Source of the DNA: Macrostomum hystrix | Taxonomy: Eukaryota; Animalia; Platyhelminthes | Assembly: GCA_950097015.1 (NCBI GenBank) | Contig: CATNEN010000034.1 | Span: 2,356,001-2,420,000, forward strand | DNA length: 64,000 nt | Reading direction: 5' to 3' | Shown here: piece by piece, positions 12,916 through 25,324 of the stretch | Position numbering within the stretch: the first letter of the stretch is position 1 | Layout of the letters: each line of letters begins with the position of its first letter | The notes under the pieces: model-generated | Told to the model about the DNA's origin: nothing | The model's input: the letters and a program-made list of their open reading frames with translations, nothing else | The model's database searches: none | Program-made: the position numbers and the translations under genes

Positions 12916-13713
12916 GAGAAAGGTGAGTATGTATGGCTAAGGCCATTTTTAGCAAAATATCTATCCATTTGGTGTCATTAGGTATGAAAAAATCAAAACA
13001 CAGTTTTATTTTCTAAAATAAAGTTGCACGTGTCAGGACGTTCGCTAAAATACTCCAGTCACCCAGTCTAAAAGTTGATTTGGTAAGGTTGCAAAAATCG
13101 ATAAAGTGAATTTCACGAACCATCGCCTCCGTGACAAACGATAAATAGCATGTTAAACTAAAAAAATCGCGAAGAATCTCATTTTACCAGCTCCAATGAA
13201 CACTCAGACAAACGGGTGAGGTTTCTACATATAGATGAACCTCTGATCAGTAATTGGGACCCGGTCACGCATTGGATGCAGTAAAAAACATCCACTTCCG
13301 TATGCCTAGTTCTCTCACGCTGACAAAATCGATTATGAAGAGGAAACTAAGCTATGCAGCCAGACATACTCCTACTTGGACTGTCCATCATGACTTTTTT
13401 CACACAATGACTACTTTTCCGAAAGGCAAATTCGTACGTCACACACCACAACAGAGAAGTCGATAAAGGACCAGTGGGTTAGCAAAGCTACTTACTGGCT
13501 ACAATGTTAGGATGAAGAAACGGAAATCTGAACTGATCTTCAATTCTGCAGTCTCACTTTTCAGTTTCAATCAATTTAGCGGTGAGAAGCTGTAGTACTC
13601 AACCGAGAAGATGCTCAAATACCTGCAATTATATATTCAGTGTGAAATTTAAGAAAAAAGCCTGACCATACTTGTAAGAGAATACGCTTTTAAATGCGTA
13701 TTGTGGTGACAAG

Positions 13714-13726
13714 GTTGCTAAACAAC
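13714..13726 (+). promoter_or_regulatory. RFX X-box-like motif upstream of receptor copy B
   Basis: GTTGCTAAACAAC about 80 bp upstream of the ATG; TATAAA at 13746. Confidence 0.6.
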
Positions 13727-13806
13727 AGGAAAAACAAATCAAAAGTATAAAGTGAACTCTGAACCTATAACGGAATAACCCAATCAATGTTTGCCAAGAA
13801 AGCACC

Positions 13807-16800
13807 ATGGCTGTGCTGCTGGTTTCATTGCTGCTCGCGCAGTGCATCGCGCAGTCGATGTCGCTGAACTTCAAGGTGGCGGTGATTGTTGAGAACGGTG
13901 CCGTGAACAGATCCGTCATTGACAACGCCTTCAGCCACCGAGTCAACTCCAACTGGCGAGTCCTGCTCGGTCACTCTGTCAGCTACGTCGAGGTCAACGC
14001 CACATCGTGCAGTGCAACGCAAATCGTCAAGTCACGTGAGTCACTAATCAGGCGAACAGTTCATATTTGTGTGCACAATATTCGGTTATCGAAACGCGGC
14101 CCGCAGTGTGTCAGCAGACCGGACTGTCGGGTGTCATCGCGGTGGGTCAGTGCGGAACTCTGTCGCAGATTTCGGCAGCCACAAAGACCATGCGACTGCC
14201 GCTCATCTCACTGCCGACAGGAATATGCGATCACCAATATTCTGCTTCAGGTGAGTCATATCTACTCGTTGCTGCATCCTTGAGCACTATATCTCAAGCA
14301 CTGTCGATGTTTCGATTTGTGGCACCATTCTCCGACACTCCAGACTTCAACTTGTTCGGAGTGCACACCTCGTGGCACATGGTGAATGCTGCAGTGGAGG
14401 CGATGGCAGCAAAGGCAGCGATGCAGGTCGCAATCTTCTTCGACAGCAAACAGAGTAAGAGTAAAATATGCCTATCAGTGCGACAAGAAATGCTTGTATG
14501 ATTTCATTGAAAGCAAAGCACAACACAACGTTTGTGTAGGCTCGGCGGTCCTGCAGACGTTGCAAAACTCGCTCACAAAGCGTGGAATCAGCTCTCTCAC
14601 ATTCCAAGTGGACTCAAACAGTGGTGTTCTGATCTCAAGCCTCGACTCGCACTTGACTCGACTGCTCAAGAAGAAGGTGTACCACATTCTGGTGCTGGCT
14701 GAGCCACCAAGCGTGTTTGCCATTCTCGATCACGCAAACGTGTCCCTGGTGCTGCAGCAGAACTACTTCTGGCTCATCATCGACACGGGAATCGCCAAGG
14801 CACAACTGAGACCTCGCATTCTTCCGAACTCGAATGTCGCTCTCGTGAGAGGAGGCACAACGGGACTGAATGTTCCCGGATCGTGCTCTGCTCCAGTGCG
14901 AGACGTGTTCGACAGTTGCGACACGGACTGGATCCGAGTAACTCTTTCACCTGATGACAGTTGACCAAATAACCATTTTGGATATTTAGAAAGCATTGAC
15001 AAATACAACCAAATAATATTTTCAGACTCTCGATGCTCGGTTCATCGATGCAGTCGAGGCTCTCGCGAAGGCTCTGAACGACTCGGTCACGGAAGCGTCC
15101 TTCAATCCGAGCAACGCCACATGCAGTCCATTGCAGGTGTGGAGCTCGGGACCCTCCGTCTATTTGAAGCTGATGAATGTGAGTGCACTGCTTTTGACAT
15201 TTTACCATGTACCCGGGATGAGATGCGATGAGGCTTGCGTGAGCATTGTGTCACTTTGGCTTCTCATGTGACAGATGTCGAGCTACAACTCGAATCGAGG
15301 CCTCATATCGTTCAACTCTTCGACTGGTCACTTCGAAGCTCAAGGCATTGAGGTGGTCGGCAGCTATAACGAGAGACTGTCATCGCCTCTCCAGTTCATC
15401 CAGTCCGCGATTTACAGCACCGAGAGCAGCTCGCTGAGCGTTCAGTTCCGAGAGAAAGGCTTGCATCTCGTATTCCCGAACACCTTCATTGGATTCAAGA
15501 ATGAGACGATTCGTGTCTGCTGTACTGATGTATGTGTTCTTCTGGACACATTATCTGTCACTTTTAGTTCGCACTTTGGGTTCTCAATCTAAAACTTTAA
15601 ACTTTCCAGATACTTCCATTTGCGGTTTATGAGCAAGTTTTCCCAAATAAGACAGTTATTGTTAGTGGAATGGTCAAGGATGTTCTAGACATTTTGTCCA
15701 AAAAGCTGGACTTCAAGTGAGTATTATTTTATTTCCTATTGCACACACGGTCTGATATTGTCGAATTTACTCGTAATTTATGTAAGTTATCCACAAAATG
15801 TACACTTTAAGTAGCTGCCTGCTTTTGAGTGTACATTTGTTCTCAACTAGAGATACGTTTGTACGCTCTTTAAAAAATCAGTGGGACATGTCTATTCTAA
15901 TTGAGTTGTAGACTTCTGGCACGAACCCCTAGTTTTGGCAGAGAAACAATCGGAACTGCAACTTTGAGGCTTAAATATGTTATGGATGTTGAATAACAGA
16001 TTTTTAATTCGCTTGGCGCCAATCACGGTTACTTTGTTACTTTCGATGGTATTGTATTTAAAAATTAGAAATTCAAAACAGCTCTGTTTTTCTTGAATTT
16101 TCTTCTGGCTTGACATGTTGGCCTACAAACCATGACTTCAAACAGGTACACGGTGAAGGCACCTGACGATGGACAATGGGGTGGGCCGCAAGCCGGCAAG
16201 AGCTATTTCTCGGGCTGCGTCGGAGAGCTACAGAGGGGTGTAAGTAGCAGGTATTCGAATTGTTTCAATCGCTTTTATAAAGACCAGGGAGATTATCCCC
16301 ATCGTGATCATGAACGATTTGCAGATTGTCGACTTGGGGGGCAGCACCTTCACCAAGACCAGCATCCGCGACGGCGTTGTTGACTTCGCTACGCCGCTGT
16401 TCCAAGAAGCCAATGGCATTCTAGTGCCCCGGCCCCCGCCTGCGTCCAAGCTGTGGAATGTCTACACACCGTTAAACTACGATGTGTGGATTCTCGTGGT
16501 CGTGTTTATCTTTGCCTCATCCGCAATCACCTGGTTCCTGGCCTTTTACTCGCCTTTCTCGGCCTACAACCTGAACCTGGAGTTCGCCATCGCTGACGAG
16601 ATATGGTTGCAGGAGTACCTGTGGAGTGCGGTCGGCAGCTTCCTGCAGCAGGGCCAGGACTTTTATCCGTTCGCCATGTCTCCGCGAGCTGTGATGGCCT
16701 TCTGGTGGATGTTCACCGTGATTGTCTACGGCACATACACAGGTGTGCAATAATTTTATTTACAAAAATCTGCTCATTGGCATGCAAGTATAAAAATATT

Positions 16801-17917
16801 GTTCTGACATTTCACAGCAGAAATAATTTAGGACATAAATTGGGCATTTTTCAGCAGACCATTATCAATAGCACATACATATATATAGCTCATATATAAT
16901 CCTAGGCGACCTGACCGCACACCTGACAATCAGCATCACCGACCTGCCCATTAAAACGCTGGATGACTTAGTGTCCCAATCCGCCATCAAGCCGTTGGTG
17001 CCATTCGCCACAAACATCGAGACTCTGTTTTCCATGAGCACGAGCGGGCCGTATCGCAAAATTGCAGACACCATGTTGCTAGCAGATTCCATCAACAGCT
17101 GCATCGATCGGGTCTGTAATCATTTTTTCCTGTGTTATTCGAAGCAATGCAGTTTTTTCGGTTAATTTGCCAGTCCAGGCTGAATCAGACAAAAGCATTG
17201 CAACACATCTCACATAACAGCTCGCATTTCTTACAGCTTGAGAAATCTGCTAAAACCAATGTTGAAAGTGAATCAACGACCCGCTGTAGGTATTCAAGGA
17301 GAATGTGGCCTGCATCACGGACTACACTGCCCTGTTGTATGTGGCCAAAGCCAACTGCAGCAAGGTCTACCTGGCTGACGAGATATTCAACACGGCCACA
17401 GTGTCCTTTATGTACCCAGAGGACGCCTTCTACCAACAGAGCTTCGACTTCGAGTAAGTCTCATGGACAAAGCAATAGAAGCGCTTATGTGAATCTCACA
17501 TGCTATTTTTGCTGATAATTAGCATTTTGACCGAAAGCTGAATGCAGATATTAAAGTGATCTTAGAGACGAAGGGTTAGACGCAGGTCAGTTTATAACTA
17601 GAATATATTAAAATATCTGACCATCCGATTTTTTCCAGTCTAGAAGAGAGCCAATCAGATGTTAAAACGTTAATTTCAGGTTCCAGAAGATGCAGGAGAC
17701 GGGCATCATGCAGAAGCTGTTCAACACCTACTGGTCAAGCGACGCCGTCTGCTCTACCGGAAGCTCCACCGAAGCCGACTCCATCAACCTGGAGGGCAGC
17801 GGTGGTTGCTTCATCGTCACCCTGGCCTTCTACGTGCTGGGCATTGTGATTCTGTTCGTGGAGCTGCTGTGGACCAAGGCGCTGAAGAAGCAGCCTCTCG
17901 ACTGTGCCGTCTACTGA
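13807..17917 (+). CDS. iGluR/IR-like channel subunit, copy B (12 exons)
   Basis: Exons 1-6 are copy A shifted by 8014 bp (exon 6 = 15275-15529), then 15610-15716, 16146-16239, 16325-16742, 16906-17111, 17290-17453, 17680-17917. Intron phases match copy A and no stops were found. Confidence 0.9.
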
Positions 17918-18343
17918 GCGGCTGAACGAGGAGCTCAGTCGGTAGCGACCTGACCGACGGACTGTCGCAAACCCTCCAGTGAAGCGAACTTGTTTAGTCA
18001 AGCGAACAGTCGTAGATTAGCACACATAGTATGCACCAGGTGTGTTAAACTTTACATTCCACACCTTTCTCTGGCCCAACGTATTTGTTGTCATGCGCCG
18101 TTTGTACAACCTGTTTTATCAGTGAATTTTTCTCGACTTAAGGCCTCATGTGTTTATCTTTGGCATTACTATATCCTCCCATAGAAGATATTTCTTGCTT
18201 TAACTAGGTCCAGTCATAACTTAACGCGGTTTAATCTTGGGTCCCTTCTTCTGATAAATGTAACCATATTTTTTTTGCTGCTAACAATCACCGATACCGT
18301 TTATAAGCTTTTGGTCCAATGGTCCTTCGCACTGCCATCAAAA

Positions 18344-18995
18344 CAGGCCATAGCACACGATTGTACATTATGTATAAGATAATACCCCAGATTTTATATC
18401 CTTGGCACGGCTAAGGATGCGTTTCATGGCCGAAGCGAAGCCGGTGCCAAGAAACTGCGTCCGAGAAGTGGCCTAGGCCATAGACAACGAAATCTGGGGT
18501 ATTGTAATATTTAATATCCAGATTGGGCAGCGGATGCGTTCCAAGCCGGTTTCGCCATAGACAACGAAAATTAAATTATTTTAGGCCATGAAATGAAATT
18601 GACGGTTTAGATAGGGAGCCAAGCTGGAGATAAAAATATGTTCAGAAACAACTGGCCATTTGGTGGAAGTTTGAATGAGCCTTTAGAGAAGTATAAAATA
18701 ATCCCCACTTGATTTCGTTTCTTTGGCCTAGGAGTCGTTCTAGGCCATAGACAATGATTTCAAGTGGGGATTTTAATATTTAATTGTCGCACGGCTCGAC
18801 CCAGTGATTCTGCCATAGACAAGTATTTCTTGGCCTCCAAGAAACGCCTGAGTGGAGTCTCAACTACATGGAAAGAATGGTTTTTTAGCCATAGACAAGT
18901 ATTTCTTGGAGTCCAAGAAATGAAAATACACTGAGGAGATAGGCAGCTGGTCGAGGCCAAAGCGGGGATTAAATCAAGATTATGCCATAGAAATG
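18344..18995. repeat. Degenerate array of GCCATAGACAA motifs with internal palindromes; probable non-autonomous DNA element
   Basis: Motif at 18477, 18554, 18744, 18812, 18888 and (degenerate) 18984; 14-bp inverted repeat 18381-18394 / 18490-18503. Confidence 0.55.
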
Positions 18996-19836
18996 TTTGT
19001 TAATGCACAAAGCGTACCAAGGTGTAGCTTATGATTTTCTACCGAAATCCGACTTAATGCACCAAGCACCATGTCTAGAACTACACCAAGTCTGGTACTT
19101 GTATTTAGGTAAAGAGTACGAAATGACTAAATAAAGCAGGCTTTAATTGCGAATTTTAACTGGCTAATACTTTGTCTAATAAAAACCTACCTAAAACTAT
19201 TTGTGACGCCATGTTAAAGATTGCATGTCTGAGGTGCGACCACCTTAAAAGCAATGCATTTGAATCATTAATCCTCGGTTGACAATGGTAACATTAGTTG
19301 AAAAAGGGATTCGACTGGTCCTCAAGGACAAAAATTATGAAACATATACGAGTAATTTCCTGTTGCAAACGTCAACAGGTATCGAATAGAAAGCCTATGT
19401 GCATCCAAAAGTCAGGAAGAAGCGACAGACAATATGGTGCAATCATAAAAACAAATATTTTTCCACATGGATCTAGAGAACATTCCGATAGATTAGAAAC
19501 TCAAGCAAGAAGAATCCGTTCATGTGCAATGAGTCGCTCCACAGCCATCACTAGGCACTGTCACCAAGACAGACATGCGTAAACTGATCCGAAAGGACAC
19601 AGATTTACTCAATTTAACTAAAGTTTTCAAATCGCTAAAAAGTGAAACTCAAGCACAATGCAAAGCATGTTCAATTACTTTCAAATTCACGTGAATCCCG
19701 CGCGATACATCCCCAAGAATGAAATTTAAGTATGGTTGCACTATCTCAAAAGGAAGGTAAGTAAATTAAGTTATTTTCATATTAAATAGAATAGCTACAG
19801 TACTCCATGTTGCCTGACTGAAAAATTAGACAAAAG

Positions 19837-19849
19837 GTTGCTAAGCAAC
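19837..19849 (+). promoter_or_regulatory. RFX X-box (palindromic) upstream of receptor copy C
   Basis: GTTGCT-A-AGCAAC perfect palindrome about 70 bp upstream of the ATG; TATAAAA at 19870. Confidence 0.65.
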
Positions 19850-19919
19850 AGCAGAAAAACAAGTGAACCTATAAAAAAGAAACATCCAAACCATTATGGA
19901 AAAAATGTTGGCCAACACC

Positions 19920-22900
19920 ATGGCTTTGCTGCTGGTTTCATTGCTGCTCGCGCAGTGCATCGCGCAGTCGATGTCGCTGAACTTCAAGGTGGCGGTGATT
20001 GTTGAGAACGGTGCCGTGAACAGATCCGTCATTGACAACGCCTTCAGCCACCGAGTCAACTCCAACTGGCGAGTCCTGCTCGGTCACTCTGTCAGCTACG
20101 TCGAGGTCAACGCCACATCGTGCAGTGCAACGCAAATCGTCAAGTCACGTGAGTCACTAATCAGGCGTACAGTTCATATTTGTGTGCACAATATTCGGTT
20201 ATCGAAACGCGGCCCGCAGTGTGTCAGCAGACCGGACTGTCGGGTGTCATCGCGGTGGGTCAGTGCGGAACTCTGTCGCAGATTTCGGCAGCCACAAAGA
20301 CCATGCGACTGCCGCTCATCTCACTGCCGACAGGAATATGCGATCACCAATATTCTGCTTCAGGTGAGTCATATCTACTCGTTGCTGCATCCTTGAGCAC
20401 TATATCTCAAGCACTGTCGATGTTTCGATTTGTGGCACCATTCTCCGACACTCCAGACTTCAACTTGTTCGGAGTGCACACCTCGTGGCACATGGTGAAT
20501 GCTGCAGTGGAGGCGATGGCAGCAAAGGCAGCGATGCAGGTCGCAATCTTCTTCGACAGCAAACAGAGTAAGAGTAAAAGATGCCTATCAGTGCGACAAG
20601 AAATGCTTGTATGATTTTATTGAAAGCAAAGCACAACACAACGTTTGTGTAGGCTCGGCGGTCCTGCAGACGTTGCAAAACTCGCTCACAAAGCGTGGAA
20701 TCAGCTCTCTCACATTCCAAGTGGACTCAAACAGTGGTGTTCTGATCTCAAACCTCGACTCGCACTTGACTCGACTGCTCAAGAAGAAGGTGTACCACAT
20801 GCTGGTGCTGGCTGAGCCACCAAGCGTGTTTGCCATTCTCGATCACGCAAACGTGTCCCTGGTGCTGCAGCAGAACTACTTCTGGCTCATCATCGACACG
20901 GGAATCGCCAAGGCACAACTGAGACCTCGCATTCTTCCGAACTCGAATGTCGCTCTCGTGAGAGGAGGCACAACGGGACTGAATGTTCCCGGATCGTGCT
21001 CTGCTCCAGTGCGAGACGTGTTCGACAGTTGCGACACGGACTGGATCCGAGTAACTCTTTCCCCTGATGACAGTTGACCAAATAACTTTTACGAGCATAG
21101 ATAGCAGTGATTAATGTATCAAAGATCAATTTTCAGACTCTCGATGCTCGGTTCATCGATGCAGTCGAGGCTCTCGCGAAGGCTCTGAACGACTCGGTCA
21201 CGGAAGCGTCCTTCAATCCGAGCAACGCCACATGCAGTCCATTGCAGGTGTGGAGCTCGGGACCCTCCGTCTATTCGAAGCTGATGAATGTGAGTGCACT
21301 GCTTTTGACATTTTACCATGTACCCGGGATGAGATGCGATGAGGCTTGCGTGAGCATTGTGTCACTTTGGCTTCTCATGTGACAGATGTCGAGCTACAAC
21401 TCGAATCGAGGCCTCATATCGTTCAACTCTTCGACTGGTCACTTCGACGCTCAAGGCATTGAGGTGGTCGGCAGCTATAACGAGAGACTGTCATCGCCTC
21501 TCCAGTTCATCCAGTCCGCGATGTACAGCACCGAGAGCAGCTCGCTGAGCGTTCAGTTCCGAGAGAAGGGCTTGCATCTCGTATTCCCGAACACCTTCAT
21601 TGGATTCAAGAATGAGACGATTCGTATCTGCAGTCCCGATGTAGTGCTTCTTTGCCGTTGAATTTTTCGTCGGACTATTTTTATTGTACTGTATTACTTG
21701 CTGAATGATTTTGTTCGTTTTCAGATTTCTCCATTTACTTTGCATCTGCAAGTCTTTCCCAACAAGACGGTCATTGTTGGAGGAATGGTCAAAGACATCT
21801 TAAATATCCTGTCCAAACAATTGGATTTCAGGTGAAAAGACATTTTCTTTTCGAAGTGGTACAAGCTATCGCTAAAGAACTAAGATCAAACAGCTAGATG
21901 TTTTTGATTAACGAACGTGGTGAAAATCAAACGCTACTCGTTTAGTAGCTCGACTTTTACTGTCTTCCAGTCATTCAACTTGAGTCTTCATACTTCCATG
22001 TAAAACTTATCCAGGTACACCGTCAAAACCTCGGACGACGGTCAATGGGGCGGACCGCAGGCAGGCAAGAGCTACTTTACAGGCTGCGTTGGAGAACTGC
22101 AGAGAGGCGTAAGTTGATATTGGGTTTAAAGCTTGATGACACAGAAAGACTGATGAGATGTTTTTAGAACGGATTGTGTTTTCAGAGTTTTTCCTTAGTA
22201 ACCTTTTGTTTCATTTTTTGCTCTACGTTCGTAGATATTTTTTCCTTTTGATGATAAAGTTTGATTCGGATCTCAATCTGAAAATCTATTCCTATAGATC
22301 GTAGACATTGCCGCCGGTCCATTTACCAAGACCAGCGTCCGCGACGGTGTTGTTGACTTCGCTACGCCGCTGTTCCAAGAAGCCAATGCCGTTCTAGTGC
22401 CCCGGCCCCCGCCTGCGTCCAAGCTGTGGAATGTCTACACACCGTTCAGTTACGAGGTGTGGATTCTCGTGGTCGTGTTTATCTTTGCCTCATCCGCAAT
22501 CACCTGGTTCCTGGCCTTTTACTCGCCTTTCTCGGCCTACAACCTGAACCTGGAGTTCGCCATCGCTGACGAGATCTGGTTGCAGGAGTACCTGTGGAGT
22601 GCGGTCGGCAGCTTCCTGCAGCAGGGCCAGGACTTTTATCCGTTCGCCATGTCTCCGCGAGCTGTGATGGCCTTCTGGTGGATGTTCACCGTGATTGTGT
22701 ACGGCACATACACAGGTGTGCATAGTTATATTTACAATGAACGTCTTAATGCCAGATATGTATAAAAATATTCGTCTAGTCGAGATATTCAACAATTCTC
22801 GTCGAAGTGTCTAGTGGCTAGAACTACCAATAATGCTGCTCACAAATTTTTCTGCTCACAATATTTCATCATGTAGCCATGTCGGCTATATCTTTTTACT

Positions 22901-24410
22901 ACCTTGCATTGATTAAACTGTTTATATTTTCATTTGTGAACCAATATGTATTCACAATAGAGGTTTATGTAGAGCAATGTTAGCTGTCCTTATCACCTGG
23001 GTCTACGACTAGAATCTCTGAATATCTCAACAATGCTGACGTCGGACGGCTTTGAAAGTCAGTTCATCGTAAAGGGTGGAACGTTTTGATTCAGATGGTG
23101 GGCTTTCATTTGGTTTTGTGAGCAATCGTGAAGTAGGCAGTGGATATTTGAAATATCCACGTGGTCTTTCCCCGTGGGAATTAGAGTGGTCCTTCTACTG
23201 TTAAGGCCGCAGGATTCCGGATCGGAAATCCGTGACAGTATCAGAAGGACCGGGTCATGTCAAAAACTATCCAGACACTGATGTATTTATAATCGGAAGT
23301 ACTTTACCATGTGCGAACAAAATCGCAGGAGACCTGACTGCTCACCTGACAATCAGCATAACGGACCTGCCTATTAAGACACTGGACGACCTGGTATCTC
23401 AATCGGCCATCAAGCCGTTGGTGGTCAGTGGTACAAATATTGAGACCCTGCTATCCATGAGCACCAGCGGACCGTATCGAAAAATTGCAGACACCATGCT
23501 GATTGCTGATAACGTCAACAGCTGCATGGATCGGGTTTGTGGTCTTATAGAAGGCTCGACTTATTGCTAATTAACTTGATTCATTGAATTAACACAGCCA
23601 ACATCCCTCGACGTCCAGGTATTCAAGGAGAGTGTTGCCTGCATCACGGACTACACTGCCCTGTTGTATGTGGCCAAAGCCAACTGCAGCAAAGTCTACC
23701 TGGCTGACGAGATATTCAACACGGCCACGGTGTCCTTCGTGTACCCGGAGGACGCCTTCTATGAGCAGAGCTTCAACTTTGAGTAAGACTCATTTATGTT
23801 TATTCAGGCCTTCTGTTAGTACAACTTGATCGAATAGAAGATTGTACTAGCTTTTTACCATTGACATTCATTAGTGTTTATTAATATAATTGGCCCTACC
23901 ATTAGCACAACTTGTTAACACAACTTAAGCGAGCATTGGACTAGCTTTTTACGATAGGCATTAATTAATTAATTGGTGTTCATTTAAACCTGTCCAACGA
24001 AAAAGAACGACCAGGCGCTCGGTATTAATAAAGCTACAAAAATGTTTATAAAGCTAAAGCTATAAAGCTACGAATGTTCAACGAACGCAGTAAAAATCGA
24101 TATGTCACCCGTTTAGTAGCTCGACAGTCAAACTCTAAGAGAGCCATTCAGATGTTAAAACGTCAACTTCAGGTTCCAGAAGATGCAGGAGACGGGCATC
24201 ATGCAGAAGCTGTTCAACACCTACTGGTCAAGCGACGCCGTCTGCTCTACCGGAAGCTCCACCGAAGCCGACTCCATCAACCTGGAGGGCAGTGGTGGTT
24301 GCTTCATCGTCACCCTGGCCTTCTACGTGCTGGGCATTGTGATTCTGTTCGTGGAGCTGCTGTGGACCAAGGCGCTGAAGAAGCAGCCTCTCGACTGTGC
24401 CGTCTACTGA
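19920..24410 (+). CDS. iGluR/IR-like channel subunit, copy C (12 exons)
   Basis: ATD exons match copies A and B; exon 6 = 21386-21640, then 21725-21831, 22015-22108, 22298-22715, 23329-23534, 23619-23782, 24173-24410. Phases are conserved and no stops were found. Confidence 0.9.
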
Positions 24411-24996
24411 GCGGCTGAACGAGGAGCTCAGTCGGTAGTGACCTGATCCCTTACTGTCGCAAACTCTCCAGTGACGCGAACTTGTTTAGTCAAGCGACAA
24501 ACCGTAGATTGTTTTGTACTGCACTTCAGTTTAAATTTTAGCACGTTTGTTTGCCAGTTAGTTATTTAGCTTGTACTTGTTGATTCTTAGAAATATTGTC
24601 CACCTGTGCACCTTTCTTCTGGAATCTATCACAAGTTTAAATTGTTGCAGTATGCTATGGTATAGTAGTTTATTTCAGAAATCTCCACATGTGAAGATAA
24701 CAGATGGATAATACATAAAATATTCCACATTTTCTTGCGTTGCATAATAACACTTATCGGCGCACGACCCAGTGCATGCTGGCCTACTGCAAGATCAATC
24801 GTTCGATTTTTAAGCACTTAAAAAACTGCAGTGAAATCTGGAATAAATGCACTTTTTAATTACTGCTTCAGGTGTATGATTTACAAGAGACACGATCCGA
24901 AAAGTTTTTAGCCTGCGGAAGAACAAGACTTGAAAAAGTTTTGCTAGATCATATGACCCTCCAGTTTAGGCGTCACAGTCGCAAACTTCTCGTATA

Positions 24997-25164
24997 GGGC
25001 CCCAGTCACAATGCTCTCGTCTGCTTGAGCTATAACTAAAGCCTTGTCGTCAACTACGCGGAGTTGCACTGCCCGTCTACGTGTAGGTCGTTGACTTCGT
25101 TGACCATTCGTTGACCACTTGGCCGACGCTTAATGCTAACTCGACCAGCAGTGTGACCTGGCGC
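24997..25164. mobile_element. Possible small Harbinger-like MITE
   Basis: Imperfect terminal inverted repeats GGCCCCAGTCACAATGCT / AGCAGTGTGACCTGGCGC; no matching TSD found. Confidence 0.3.
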
Positions 25165-25324
25165 TGGTCGACCTTAATAGACGTCGACGATGACAGGGTG
25201 AGGTCTTCGCTGACGTCCTAGCACGCTGACCCTCTTCCTCTGAAGAGGAATCCAGAGTTCCTCTTATGGGATAGATTTCTGCAACGCTCCTATCACTAAT
25301 CACAGTGATGTTCATGAAAGCAGA

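Noticed and set aside
5811-23829. Repeated antisense and alternative-frame ORFs over the receptor copies
   Set aside because: Shadows of GC-rich coding exons, repeated only because the genes are duplicated.
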